Below, piece after piece: positions 1-10,361 of a stretch of 64,000 nucleotides of DNA (within the stretch, counting starts at the first letter, position 1; each line of letters begins with the position of its first letter). The stretch lies in assembly GCA_025201805.1 (NCBI GenBank), contig MU619259.1, positions 105,208-169,207 of the forward strand, in the 5' to 3' direction. The position numbers and the translations under genes were made by a program. The notes under the pieces were generated by a model, which was not told where the DNA came from, made no database searches, and saw only the letters and a list, made by a program, of their open reading frames with translations. This DNA is from Parasitella parasitica NRRL 2501 (lineage: Eukaryota > Fungi > Mucoromycota).

Positions 1-51
1 TGCCTCATCTGTCCTCCACAGAGTGGGATTGTTGGGCATTACCAATATTAA

Positions 52-262
52 TATTGTTGTTCCATGCAATACACTTATTTTTTGCAACATGAATACTAAG
101 AGAGGTACTGTAATTATTGAATACCATTCATATAACTCTGATGACCAGTAGGGGTAAAAGATGATGGAACCACAAAGAACTTACTGGTGATCAAACAAGC
201 GGCACAACCAATAGGTGAGGTGAAAGCAAAGGATCGACACACAAAGAAAAAAACTCATCCAG
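52..262. repeat. Dispersed ~210-bp repeat, copy 1 (inverted copy at ~22750-22962)
   Basis: Long near-identical runs (e.g. TGCAACATGAATACTAAGAGAGGTACTGTAATTATTGAATACCATT and CCAATAGGTGAGGTGAAAGCAAAGGATCGACACACAA) recur as reverse complement near 22.8-22.96 kb. Boundaries are approximate. Confidence 0.85.
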
Positions 263-827
263 TAGCATCCACTAAAGTCATAACAATAACTCAGAGGCAC
301 TGCATAAAATGAAGGTGTTCTCCATTTCACGAGAGGCATTTCAGGATCAACGATATATCTACGATAATACCAATACAACATTTTGTCGGATTAAGTTTAG
401 TAGCAATTACACTCTCACATTACCCATATTCATTTGAAAAATGTTATTAAGCCCAACCCCTATTGGAGATACAATGAACAGCTATGAAACATAAAGATGA
501 TCCTCAACTTGACCACTTTGTGGATGAGAACTATACACATTGCACAAAATCAAAAGTTGGGTGCTTTTGGTTAGTTCTCACAACCGATAGAATGTTCCTG
601 GAGTGAGTAATTAAAAGATCTGCCCTCGTGATTGTTGTGCAGTGAATTTTTAACTCGCTATTACAATGCACGTTTGTTTCCATCCTGGAAAATCTTTTAC
701 ATGGAGACGCACAAAGCTAAAACGTTGACACGCTGCCTGTATTTGGGGACTGTTGTTGCTTGACCCAGAACGCCAAAGGGCCTAAATCACCCCACAACCA
801 AAAATAAAACTCTTTCATTAGCAACAA

Positions 828-1770
828 ATGGCAGCCTATAAAAAACAGAAGAACTATAGAAAGAAAAAGGTTGATTCCGATGATGATGATGAAACGGAAA
901 ATTCAAACGAGCCAACCCAAGATTTACAGCAAGTAAGGTAAGGGTCTATTTATCGCTATTTTTCATTTATAGTGAAATAACCATACAAATAATTAGCGCA
1001 ACAATCGAAGAACTGACAGAATTGAGAAGGCTGCGTCGCAAGCCTGTTGGTTTAGATGCTGACAAACTTTTGAAGGGTGCTGAAAAGAAAAAGAAAAAGA
1101 AGAAAATAGAGGATCCTAATGCTTGGAGCTTGAAAAAGGGTGGTTTGGTTGAACCAGATGCGTATAGACAAAAGCTGGATGACGACGATGCACCCAGCAA
1201 ATCTAGAAAGCTCAATTTGGACTCATTTGCTACAGCAACAAACACACTGGATGTAGATAAGCACATGTTTGTATAAAAGGGTCAGTGCATTTCCTTGCGG
1301 TTTTTAAACCCTGTTTTATTAGGATGGAGTACATTGAATCTGAAATGAAGAAGCGGCGAGGTGGAGCCGCAGACGAGGATGAAGACGACAATAAAGCCGT
1401 AGATCGTGGATTAGTGGATATTTATGAAGAGTTATACCGCATCCCAGATAGATTAAAAGGGGAGCTAAAGCACCAACAGCCTGAAGGAAACGTCCAATTG
1501 TCAACGCAGATGCTCACAGCTATTCCAGAAGTGGACTTGGGCATTGATACTCGATTGCAAAACATCGAAGAAACAGAAAGAGCCAAACGCAAACTCATTG
1601 ATGACACGGAGAGAGAAGAAAGCAAGTCTAATGGCCAAAATGCCTTGGATCACGTACCAGCCAATTTTGAAAAGCAAATACCTAAGCAGTATAAGCCAAG
1701 GTTGGACCATAAATTAATGGCAACAGACGACCAAGCCGTAGCTAGATTCAAAAAAAGAATGAGAAAATAA
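828..1770 (+). CDS. C9orf78/HCA59/Tls1-family splicing-associated protein (3 exons)
   Basis: ATG 828 (MAAYKKQKNYRKKK), intron 938-996, then ORFs 1022-1276 and 1285-1770. Family motifs: DVDKHMMEYIE, AIPEVDLGID.RLQNIEETE.AK, ATDD...RFKK. Confidence 0.85.
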
Positions 1771-1778
1771 AGTTTTAT

Positions 1779-2240
1779 TTACAAAATGTCTACCGTATGA
1801 CACAATGGGTATATACAATTCGTTTCGTCATTATGTACAAGAGGCTCGTTTTTGAAACAGTGATCTTTGCTGCCAAGTGAGAGGATGGTGGAGAGATTCT
1901 GAGTATGGATTTGTCGTCAGGTCAGAAGAAGAAAATGGGGGGGGGGGATTTAGATATTTTTGAACCTACAAACAGGTAGTTGTCAATGTCCTCGCCACTC
2001 GATGAGATAAGCTTGTTTGAAGGCTCGCTTTCAGGCAAATTTGGGTTTTTCCATTTGCATCGATTGCATTCGTAGCTCACGTTCATCTTGTTTGGTAGCA
2101 CTATTCTCTTGTTGAATACAATCAATTCATTTTCGCAGCGAATCAACTGTACAGTGTTCGATCTTTTACATCGAGGACACCAATTGGTTGCATTTTCGAG
2201 TATGATTTTAAAGTCATTGCCACCTACTATACATCATGAA
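1779..2240 (-). CDS. Small zinc-ribbon protein (CPRC...CNRC); 5' exon and 3' end unresolved
   Basis: Open frame GGNDFKIILENATNWCPRCKRSNTVQLIRC...YECNRCKWKN follows an AT-rich intron-like acceptor. A possible last exon ends at TAA 1779-1781. Confidence 0.5.
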
Positions 2241-3315
2241 TGTAATGAGTCTTTTTTATTTTATATTGTATATATATTGTAATACATTACTATGGAAACT
2301 TATATATTAGTACAAAGCTTTGGGGCATTTTTATCGAACACAAGGACTGGAGGAATGAGATGTTCCTTTTTTCAAAGAATTATTGTACTTTCTTTTTATA
2401 ATAAAAAGTAAATCTTGTTTCTGTTTGAAATATGCAATGCCCATAACTACAGGTAAGTTTTTATTAAAATGGTCTGATTTTACAACATTTACTTCTTCAA
2501 TAGTAATGCGCTAGGACGATTGAGTAATATGCTGGAGGCAAATTCTTGTTAAATATTATGAAACGTGGAATCCATGCTATACGTCCCATGTCTGCATATA
2601 CAATAATTGCAAAAGAAAAATTTGCGGTTGTATATTACGTAAATCTACCTGTGCAGTGTACAATGAGACCACACCTGTCATCAATGTTAACGTGCACTTT
2701 TCATTATGTGACATATATTAGTCAGGAACGTTCAAATGTAATCTGAATGCATTTACAACTGAAATATTATACAAACTTTGCATGCAAAAATATTTTAGGC
2801 TTACACCATCAACTGTGCAACTTGATAATCTACAAGCATGTTTAGACACACAGTATACATAACTTAAAAAAAAGATTTTTAGAAATAAAAATATTTTATT
2901 TCCTTCAATTAAAAATTCAAAAAAGTCGAAAACTTTCCAAATTCAGAAGGTAATAATCTCTAATTATAATAAGTTGAGATGTTGCGCTTATAGACAGTTG
3001 CCGTTGAACAGAAAGCGGAGTAGTATGCATATATTTGCTGCTGGTGTCTGTTTTCATAGCAGCAGAATGTGAAACTGTTGCGGAGAAGTTTGTAAAATGT
3101 CTAGATGGACAGGACTGTACAGTTGATAAATTGATATCGGCTTTGTCTGTTTCTTAAACGCATGGTATACGGCTAGATTTGCGGATTTTTTTTCATAAAG
3201 AAAGGGAGACGGCAGGCAACATTAATAATGCCGCTTACAATTTAACATGTGAAAAAACATTATATCTTTTATCTTTTCATTTCTTCTGTCTTTTTCTTTC
3301 ATATCGTTTCAAAAA

Positions 3316-5558
3316 ATGGATACGTTTACTGATAACATATCAAAAATTGCACGAGATCCACTAAAATATGTAGTTGCACCGATCATTTACTTTGTATACA
3401 GTTCAGCACTGTTTCTGTATGGCTATCTAGTACAGCCGTGGATGGTACATAGCTCATGCGCACGCCGCAAAATAAAGACATGCTAACCTGCATGATTTAG
3501 AGGAAATGGGAGCAGTACAAAGACAGTAAGCCAGAGAACAGGTTGCAGTTGCGTTTAAAGAATGCAGCGACATTTGATGAATGGCAGGATAGGGCTGCAG
3601 ATTTGGACAGGTATGTGTTTGTGTGTACCTGACTGAAACACCACAGTACAAGTATGACTAACATGAATTGATGTATAGATACTTGAGTATAGTTCCTTGC
3701 CGTATATCAGTCCTGTTTCGTAATTAACAATTGTCAGTAGAAAACGACAAATGGAGACAAGAACCGGCATCAAGAGTATATGACTCCAAACTAATTGCAT
3801 CCAGATTGGAACATTTACAAAGGGCTCGCGAGGCTCAAGATGTGGATAGCATGACATATTTGCTGAGAGGCGTTCTCTTGCGGAATTTTGGTGGTATTTG
3901 TGACAGAAAACTATTCTCTCATTCTTACTTGGGGTAAGATGTGATATCACAAAATGGCATGAGTGACATGTACTCACTCCTTGTCAGAACCAAGCAACTG
4001 ATCGAAGATTATATGGAAGAAGTTGTTTCCCAAATTGAATATATTGAGAGCACGTCAGACTTTGATGCGCAAGCCAAAATAAAGTTCTTTAGTGATTCCA
4101 GACAAAGTTTTGGATGCTCGGCCCTTGTTCTTCAAGGTGGAACTGCTTTGGCGCTGTATCATATCGGCGTTGTCAAGGCCTTAAATGAGCAAGGTCTTTT
4201 GCCTCGTATCATCAGCGGCACGGCTATTGGGGCTATGATTGCTGCATTGATTTGTATACATACTGATGAGGAATTGCCGGTAATTAACAAAAAAATGTCG
4301 AGTCGCCAAAGGCTATAAAAGTTTTACTCATTTTTGACCGATGCTAGAATATCCTACAACCTGGTGGCATCAACCTTAGTGCCTTTTCCAAGAAAGGGCA
4401 ATCAGGGTAAAGCGATAAGCGTATTTAAAATTACTATTGTTACAATGCTGACATCTTTCCCATCATTCACTAGACATTTTAAAAGACGCATCACACGATT
4501 TATGAAATATGGCAAGTTTTAGCCCCTCATTAAAAATCTCATGCTTGCTTATGATAACAAATAATAGGCTACTTGATGGACATGAAGGTATTACAAGAGT
4601 GTGTAAGAGAGAATGTGGGTGATTTGACGTTTGAGGAGGCATACGCACGCTCCAAGCGAGTGCTCAACATCAGCGTATCATCCAGCCGTACACAAGAAGT
4701 GCCACAGCTGCTCAATTACTTGACAGCTCCAAATGTACTAATCTGGAGTGCGGCTTGTTGCTCGACTGCTTCTGTGGGATTGTTTGGCAGCTGTGATTTA
4801 ATGGCCAAAGACAAGAACGGCGATATTGTAAAGTGGATCTCTTCTGCAGTGAAATGGAACCACTGGTCAGAGACTTCGCCTGCAGAGAGTGAGGCTCCGT
4901 TGTATCGTCTTTCAGAGCTGTTTAATGTGAATCACTTTATTGTATCTCAAGCTAGTATTTATGCTATCCCATTCATCGCAAAAGCACAAAATTTGCAGCA
5001 TGAGACTCTACTGCATAAATTTGCTTACATTGTAGCTTCTGAATTCAAGCATCGACTGTACCAGGTAAGGATAGGTTAGCCTAAAAGCATTAGATACTGA
5101 TGTCTCCTGCCTATAATATATATGTATAGATGGATCAGCTCCATCTTTTACCTCACATGCTTCGAGGCGTGATTGAAGAGAAAATGTCGGGTAATGTTAA
5201 TGTCGTACCTGATCTCGCCCTTTCCGTAAGTAAGAGTCGATACTCGCCAAGTTACAGCATTTACAGTTGTCTTTGTAGGACTTCAATATCTTGTTCTCAA
5301 ACCCTTCTTATCAGTCGCTAGCTTATTGGATTTTGCACGGAGAGAGATCTGTATGGCCCTTGATAGCATTTATTAGAACAAGATGCATGATTGAATTGGC
5401 TCTCGACCGAGGCAAGTACACTTTACATGTACTGTGAGATTTACTAAATGGATTCGATAGCTGTGCTGAGGTTAAAGGCTATGAATGTGGAAAGGGAACC
5501 GGTAGTTGTGCGCAGTAGGTTTATTGATAATAAAAAGAGAGCTAGATCGATGCACTAG
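3316..5558 (+). CDS. Patatin-domain TGL3/TGL4-like triacylglycerol lipase family protein (multi-exon)
   Basis: DUF3336-like N-terminus (EW...A..LD, LLRGVLLRNFGGI, TKQLIEDYMEEV), patatin motifs ALVLQGGTALALYHIGVVKAL and LPRIISGTAIGA, DLTFEEAYARSKRVLNISV, LLNYLTAPNVLIWSA, LSELFNVNHFIVSQA. Last exon ends RARSMH* after a GC-AG intron. Confidence 0.9.
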
Positions 5559-6751
5559 GGTGCTTTCCTTTTCCAAAACTCGATTCTTTCTGAAAAGGCC
5601 TGATACATGTCCGGCTTTAGGTCATCTTTAGAGGGGATGTAGTAGGCAACAGTTTTAATACACAAGGCCTGACAAGTAACAAATAAATACCTTTTGTAAT
5701 CTGCTGACCATTTACTGAATAATGTTGGGATATGTAATCCCACGTATCCTTGGATATAATCATAACACTATCTGCCGAGTGTAGATAGAACGGATTTGAT
5801 CTTACCGAGCTCAGCTGAGCAATTGACGATAGCAGGATTGTCTGGTCAATAACTGCCGTTGGCGGTTCAGTCGTCCATCCCTCTAAAAACATCTCCCATT
5901 CAGCCATCCAACTGGAAGTGATGAAGCAATATCCTTTAGGGTTGTTCATGATAAACTGAGGTGTATCATTCCATCGCAATTGCCGCTCAACTTGACGAAT
6001 AGATTTGATGTGATTCACTTTCTCCACTTGCTCTGGATAGAGACACTTGGACCACATGTCGACTATTATGGCTGCATGATATTGTTCTGCAGGATTTGCC
6101 TCCTTCCCGCCTACCTATGTGATTTTTTTTTCACTCAGTGACGATTGGCACGGTGTAGATGTTTGCAAACCAACTTACCCAATCAACGCATAATTGGCAG
6201 AAAAGTTCTGCCATATTTGGCTTGAAATAAAGCGAATGCCGAATTGAACTCGCATGCTGTAGGCGAGCATGGTGTCTAGCATGTCTATCACAAACTATGC
6301 ATTGTTAATTCCAAGTGTCCTTTGTGTATGCAGTGCTGGTTTCGGCCATCTTACTCAATTGATGCTGGCAGTTTGTGGATAAACACACAAACAGGTTTTC
6401 AAAGCCAGTGATAAAACACCTTTGACATTTGTCCAGCCTTGATAGCTGCTGCTGCTGGTGATCATCCAGGATAATGGGCTGATCTACGTATTGTTGCAAA
6501 TGCTGGCATGGGAGCCTCTTGTGTTCCTTTACAGACCTGATACATTGAAAATAAAGTTGTCTGTAGGTTTGACTTGGGTGATTATAGTTTATAGAAAAGT
6601 CATCAGCACAGTATTGTTTCCAAAGCAGATCCATCCATTGCAACTGATACAATGCTCTTTTGCACTGTGAAAATGCCAATAATTCTTTGCTGCTTAAATA
6701 TTCTGCAATACATAACAAGATGTCGTAATTTAGACATGTAATATCCACCAT
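5555..6751 (-). CDS. F-box + ZnF-UBP-like + DUSP-like protein (4 exons)
   Basis: N-terminal F-box (ITCLNYDILLCIAEYLS...LSQCKR..Y....DLLWKQYC). Cys/His ZnF-UBP pattern (CQH, CQRC, CLSTNC, CDRHARHH, H, CQLC). DUSP-like segment (FITSSWMAEWEMFLEG..EPP..ID...IISKDTWDYI..HY). The three introns splice in frame. Confidence 0.8.
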
Positions 6752-7834
6752 TTTTTTTTTGTACACAAATGAAAGAAAAAGGCATATGTATGCATCAAAG
6801 AATGCTTTGTTCTCTCCTTACTACTGGCTATTATGTGCAATACATGTTCTAGTCTACATCAACAGCAAGTTCTCAGGCTGGTATGAAGATAGGGGCGAGG
6901 GGTAGGCAAAAGGAATGCCACAGGAAACTCGGATGTCTCGAGGATCTTGCTTATAAACTATGTCCCCATTCATAGTTTGGATTGAAGACATGGCTATACT
7001 AGACTCTAGAAATTCTTATAATATCTCCACCAACTGTTATACATTGATTTTTTGATGTGTGGCATATATACCTCGATCTCCAAATATTTAAATCAAGTGC
7101 GAGTAGTTTTATATCAGCATTTCTGGAGCTTTATCCGAGTAAGCTTGGCGCTTCGTCGTTTACCATGTTAGACGACATGTCAGATCAAGCATAAGCCTTG
7201 TGGAGCTTGATTGATTTCGTTCAGCAGTTCAGTTTATATCAAACACCTTCCATGCCACTATACGCTTTAATGAAGTTGCAAATGTAGGTTTCCGCCGAAA
7301 TTAGAGGCTCGACTTGATTGTTGTATAAATTGACAATACTTTATCAGAATTGCATATGCTAAAACGGTTTGCAGGAAATGCCGGTATAATTGAAATTAGC
7401 ATTTAAATTGACACTAATCATTGTTTGGAGGGCAAGGTATTCTATAAGATCCATCTCAAGCATGGATCACTGTTTATTACATGCTGACGCAAAAATAAAA
7501 TGTACAGCTTTTCCAATTACCGAGATTTGAGGATTGATTTGATGGTTAAATACCACAAGAGCTTTAGTCCTAATGAAATATGAGTATGTAATTTGGAGTG
7601 CTATCTTAACGCCTGATGATGGTTCATCAAAGCCTTGGATGTTCTTTGCGCCCAGTGACTTGCTATCAAGTTTTTTTCGTTCACTTAAAACCTACTCGAA
7701 GCACTTAGTTTAAAGAAACAAGCCTGCAAAGAGCTCACCTTTTTTCATTTATTTTTGCAGTTTTTCTCTCTCCAGTTAAGCTACTTTTTTGGCTACTTGA
7801 AAAGAAACAATAGCCTTCTTTTTTTTTTTTTTTT

Positions 7835-7844
7835 NNNNNNNNNN
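7835..7844. other. Assembly gap (10 N) after poly-T
   Basis: Run of N in the sequence. Confidence 0.99.
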
Positions 7845-7931
7845 CGATTGTAACAAACATTTGTCTAGGGTTGAAACCGAATTCAATCTACCCCTCCTCG
7901 AACCCCTTCGCAAAACAAAAAAAAAAAAACC

Positions 7932-9569
7932 ATGGATCAACAGACACCTGCAAATGATGCAGCAGCGGCATCTGCGTTTAGCAGCGATACAACAGAGATT
8001 CAAGAGCCTGTTAGCAAAAAGGCTAAATTATCATTACCTAAAGAGAGCAACGTATCCGCCAATGTACTGGATACGGCCGCAAGTCATCTGCCTTCCCCAC
8101 TCATTACTCAGCCTGTCAGTTCATCTATTGTCGATATTCCAGATCCTTCAAGCGAAGGACAGCAAACGTTGGACGCAATTCATCAATTACAGCAATTGGA
8201 AGCAACCCAATCACAGCTGGCTCAAGTAGCCGCTGCTGCTGCTTTAGGCGGCAATGATAACTTTCAGTTTTTGACAAATTTCGAAAACTCGATTGCTGCA
8301 AGTGTCATGGCGTCTCCAGAAACGACTACAGCTGCAACTACTACTACACATACAGGCGCTGCTACGCCAGTTCTTCAGTACGTTAGCCCAAACATCCAAT
8401 CGCAAGATGCATCAGACCAACAACAGAAACAGCAGCAGCAGATGAACAATCTGAGTCTGTTACCCGCTGAATTATTAAAACGTGAGCTGATGAATCAGAA
8501 GGTACAAAGACACAACGAATGCTCGAAAAACTTGCTTATTGGATTGTAGGTTCGAGCTGATAACAGAGAGCGTAAAAAGCGTTGGAGACAGCAAAACGAA
8601 GAGAGAAGTAAGGAGATTGTGTATTTTGCAAAGGACAGAGCATTTATTTTTTGAGCGTGTGTAGATAAGGACAATGATCTGCGTTGTCGAGTTAACAAGC
8701 GAGCCCACAAATTATTTGGCAAAGATGATAGCGAGCACAAGAAGAAATGGATAGACGAAGAATTTGTAAAGCGTCGACAAAAGAGAAAAGAGAAAGAACG
8801 TAGAAAGGGACTAGTTGATGATTCTTTAGGCGGGCACCATCGTTCCGCAAATGCACAACTAAATGCAGTTGCCGATGGGACGTTAGATCTGGCTGCGCTT
8901 GTCCAGCACTTGCAACCACCACCACTTTCTTCCATATCAGAGGCTAATTATCTAACATTATTATGCAATAATCTCGGTATTCCTGCTGCTGCTCGTAGCA
9001 TCATTGGAACACACAACGCATCTTCTTCTTCGGCTCCTCAGCAGCAGCAGCAGCAAGAGGAGCAGCAACCATCACAAGCCCCCAGCGCCGGTGCTAGTGA
9101 ATTGCAAGATGACCAAGGTAATGTTAAGCAGGAGCCGGTAGACATAGGACAGGGAGAAGACGATAGAAACGTACATCCTTTTCCATTTCAACTGCTTGAA
9201 CTTTTACATCAGTTACAACAATACCAACCCACACAACAGCAGAACGATTCCGCAGAACCATCGTCTTCCTCCCCCGCTGATACTCAGAGCACCGATTATC
9301 AACTATCACAACTCAATGCCGCCTTGTCAGAAAGACCAGAAGAGAAACTGGCTGCGTTACTGGCATCTTCTTTGCAAGCTGCTGTTGCATCTCAGCTTAA
9401 AAATGAGCCTGAGGCGACGCAAGAGCAACAAGGTCAAGAGAATACATCCGAAAACAATACCGCTGTAAATCAACAAGATGGTGACCAACAACTAAATAGC
9501 AATAATGCTGAATTCCCAATGGATGCCGTATTGACACTGATGCAGCTTAATGCTGGATGGAGGCATTAA
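7932..9569 (+). CDS. DUF3020-domain protein with Q/A-rich low-complexity flanks (probable nuclear regulator)
   Basis: Spliced core KVRADNRERKKRWRQQNEERNKDNDLRCRVNKRAHKLFG...WIDEEFVKRRQKR matches the DUF3020 signature. Two short introns at about 8502-8549 and 8608-8664. Confidence 0.8.
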
Positions 9570-10361
9570 AAAACCCTGCTATAAAAAAATAAATAAAAAA
9601 AAAAATAAAGTAAAGAAATGTCTGTTCAAGCGTAGAATGTTATAGAGCATTAGTTTGTCAAGCAGTGAACAATGTGAGTTTTCTAAACATAATAATTGCA
9701 CTACATTCGTGTGTTTGTGGCAAATTGAAAAATGACATGCACATTGGGACTCGTATAATACTGGTGCCAGCTGTTGTGTTTCGATTCGAAAAGATCTTGC
9801 CATAATTTTGCACAAGGTAGACCAGTGGTACATGTGTTCTACCCTGTTACTTGAAACTGCTACCGCGAGAGATTCCATACGAGCTGTTTCTACAGTTTTT
9901 GTAAAATTTTTGGTGCAGGATACCTGACCCGTGTTTAACCTGTGATATCAAGTGTATGAGCAACTGTTAAAAAGCATTCTTCTAATTTTATTTTGTCTTT
10001 TGCCAACACAGCTCATTCTACCAAATGGCCTTGGTATATCATCCTCTGCATCTGGCTTCTCAAAAGCGTACCTAACTCGCAAGAGATCAAGATGGAATGC
10101 ATAGATTTTGTTCGCATATAATTTCTTTGGCATAAAATATCAGAGCGCATTGATCCATCCAAAGATCGAGACATGTGTTTTTTTTACACATACCTCAAAA
10201 CCTGGACTGTATATAAAAATGCGCATGATTCCTTAATTTCCTTTTACAGCATGCTAATTGCTGTGTGCTAGTCGTCTGACCCTCTTTGATTCTTTCTCTC
10301 TTTTATTATCTCTCTTTCTCTTTTACCATCCCTCCTTTATTCTAGCTTAATAACCTGGCAA

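Noticed and set aside
9579-10133. Two minus-strand ORFs between the DUF3020 gene and ATG2
   Set aside because: No recognisable motif or consistent splice model; a decayed gene cannot be excluded.
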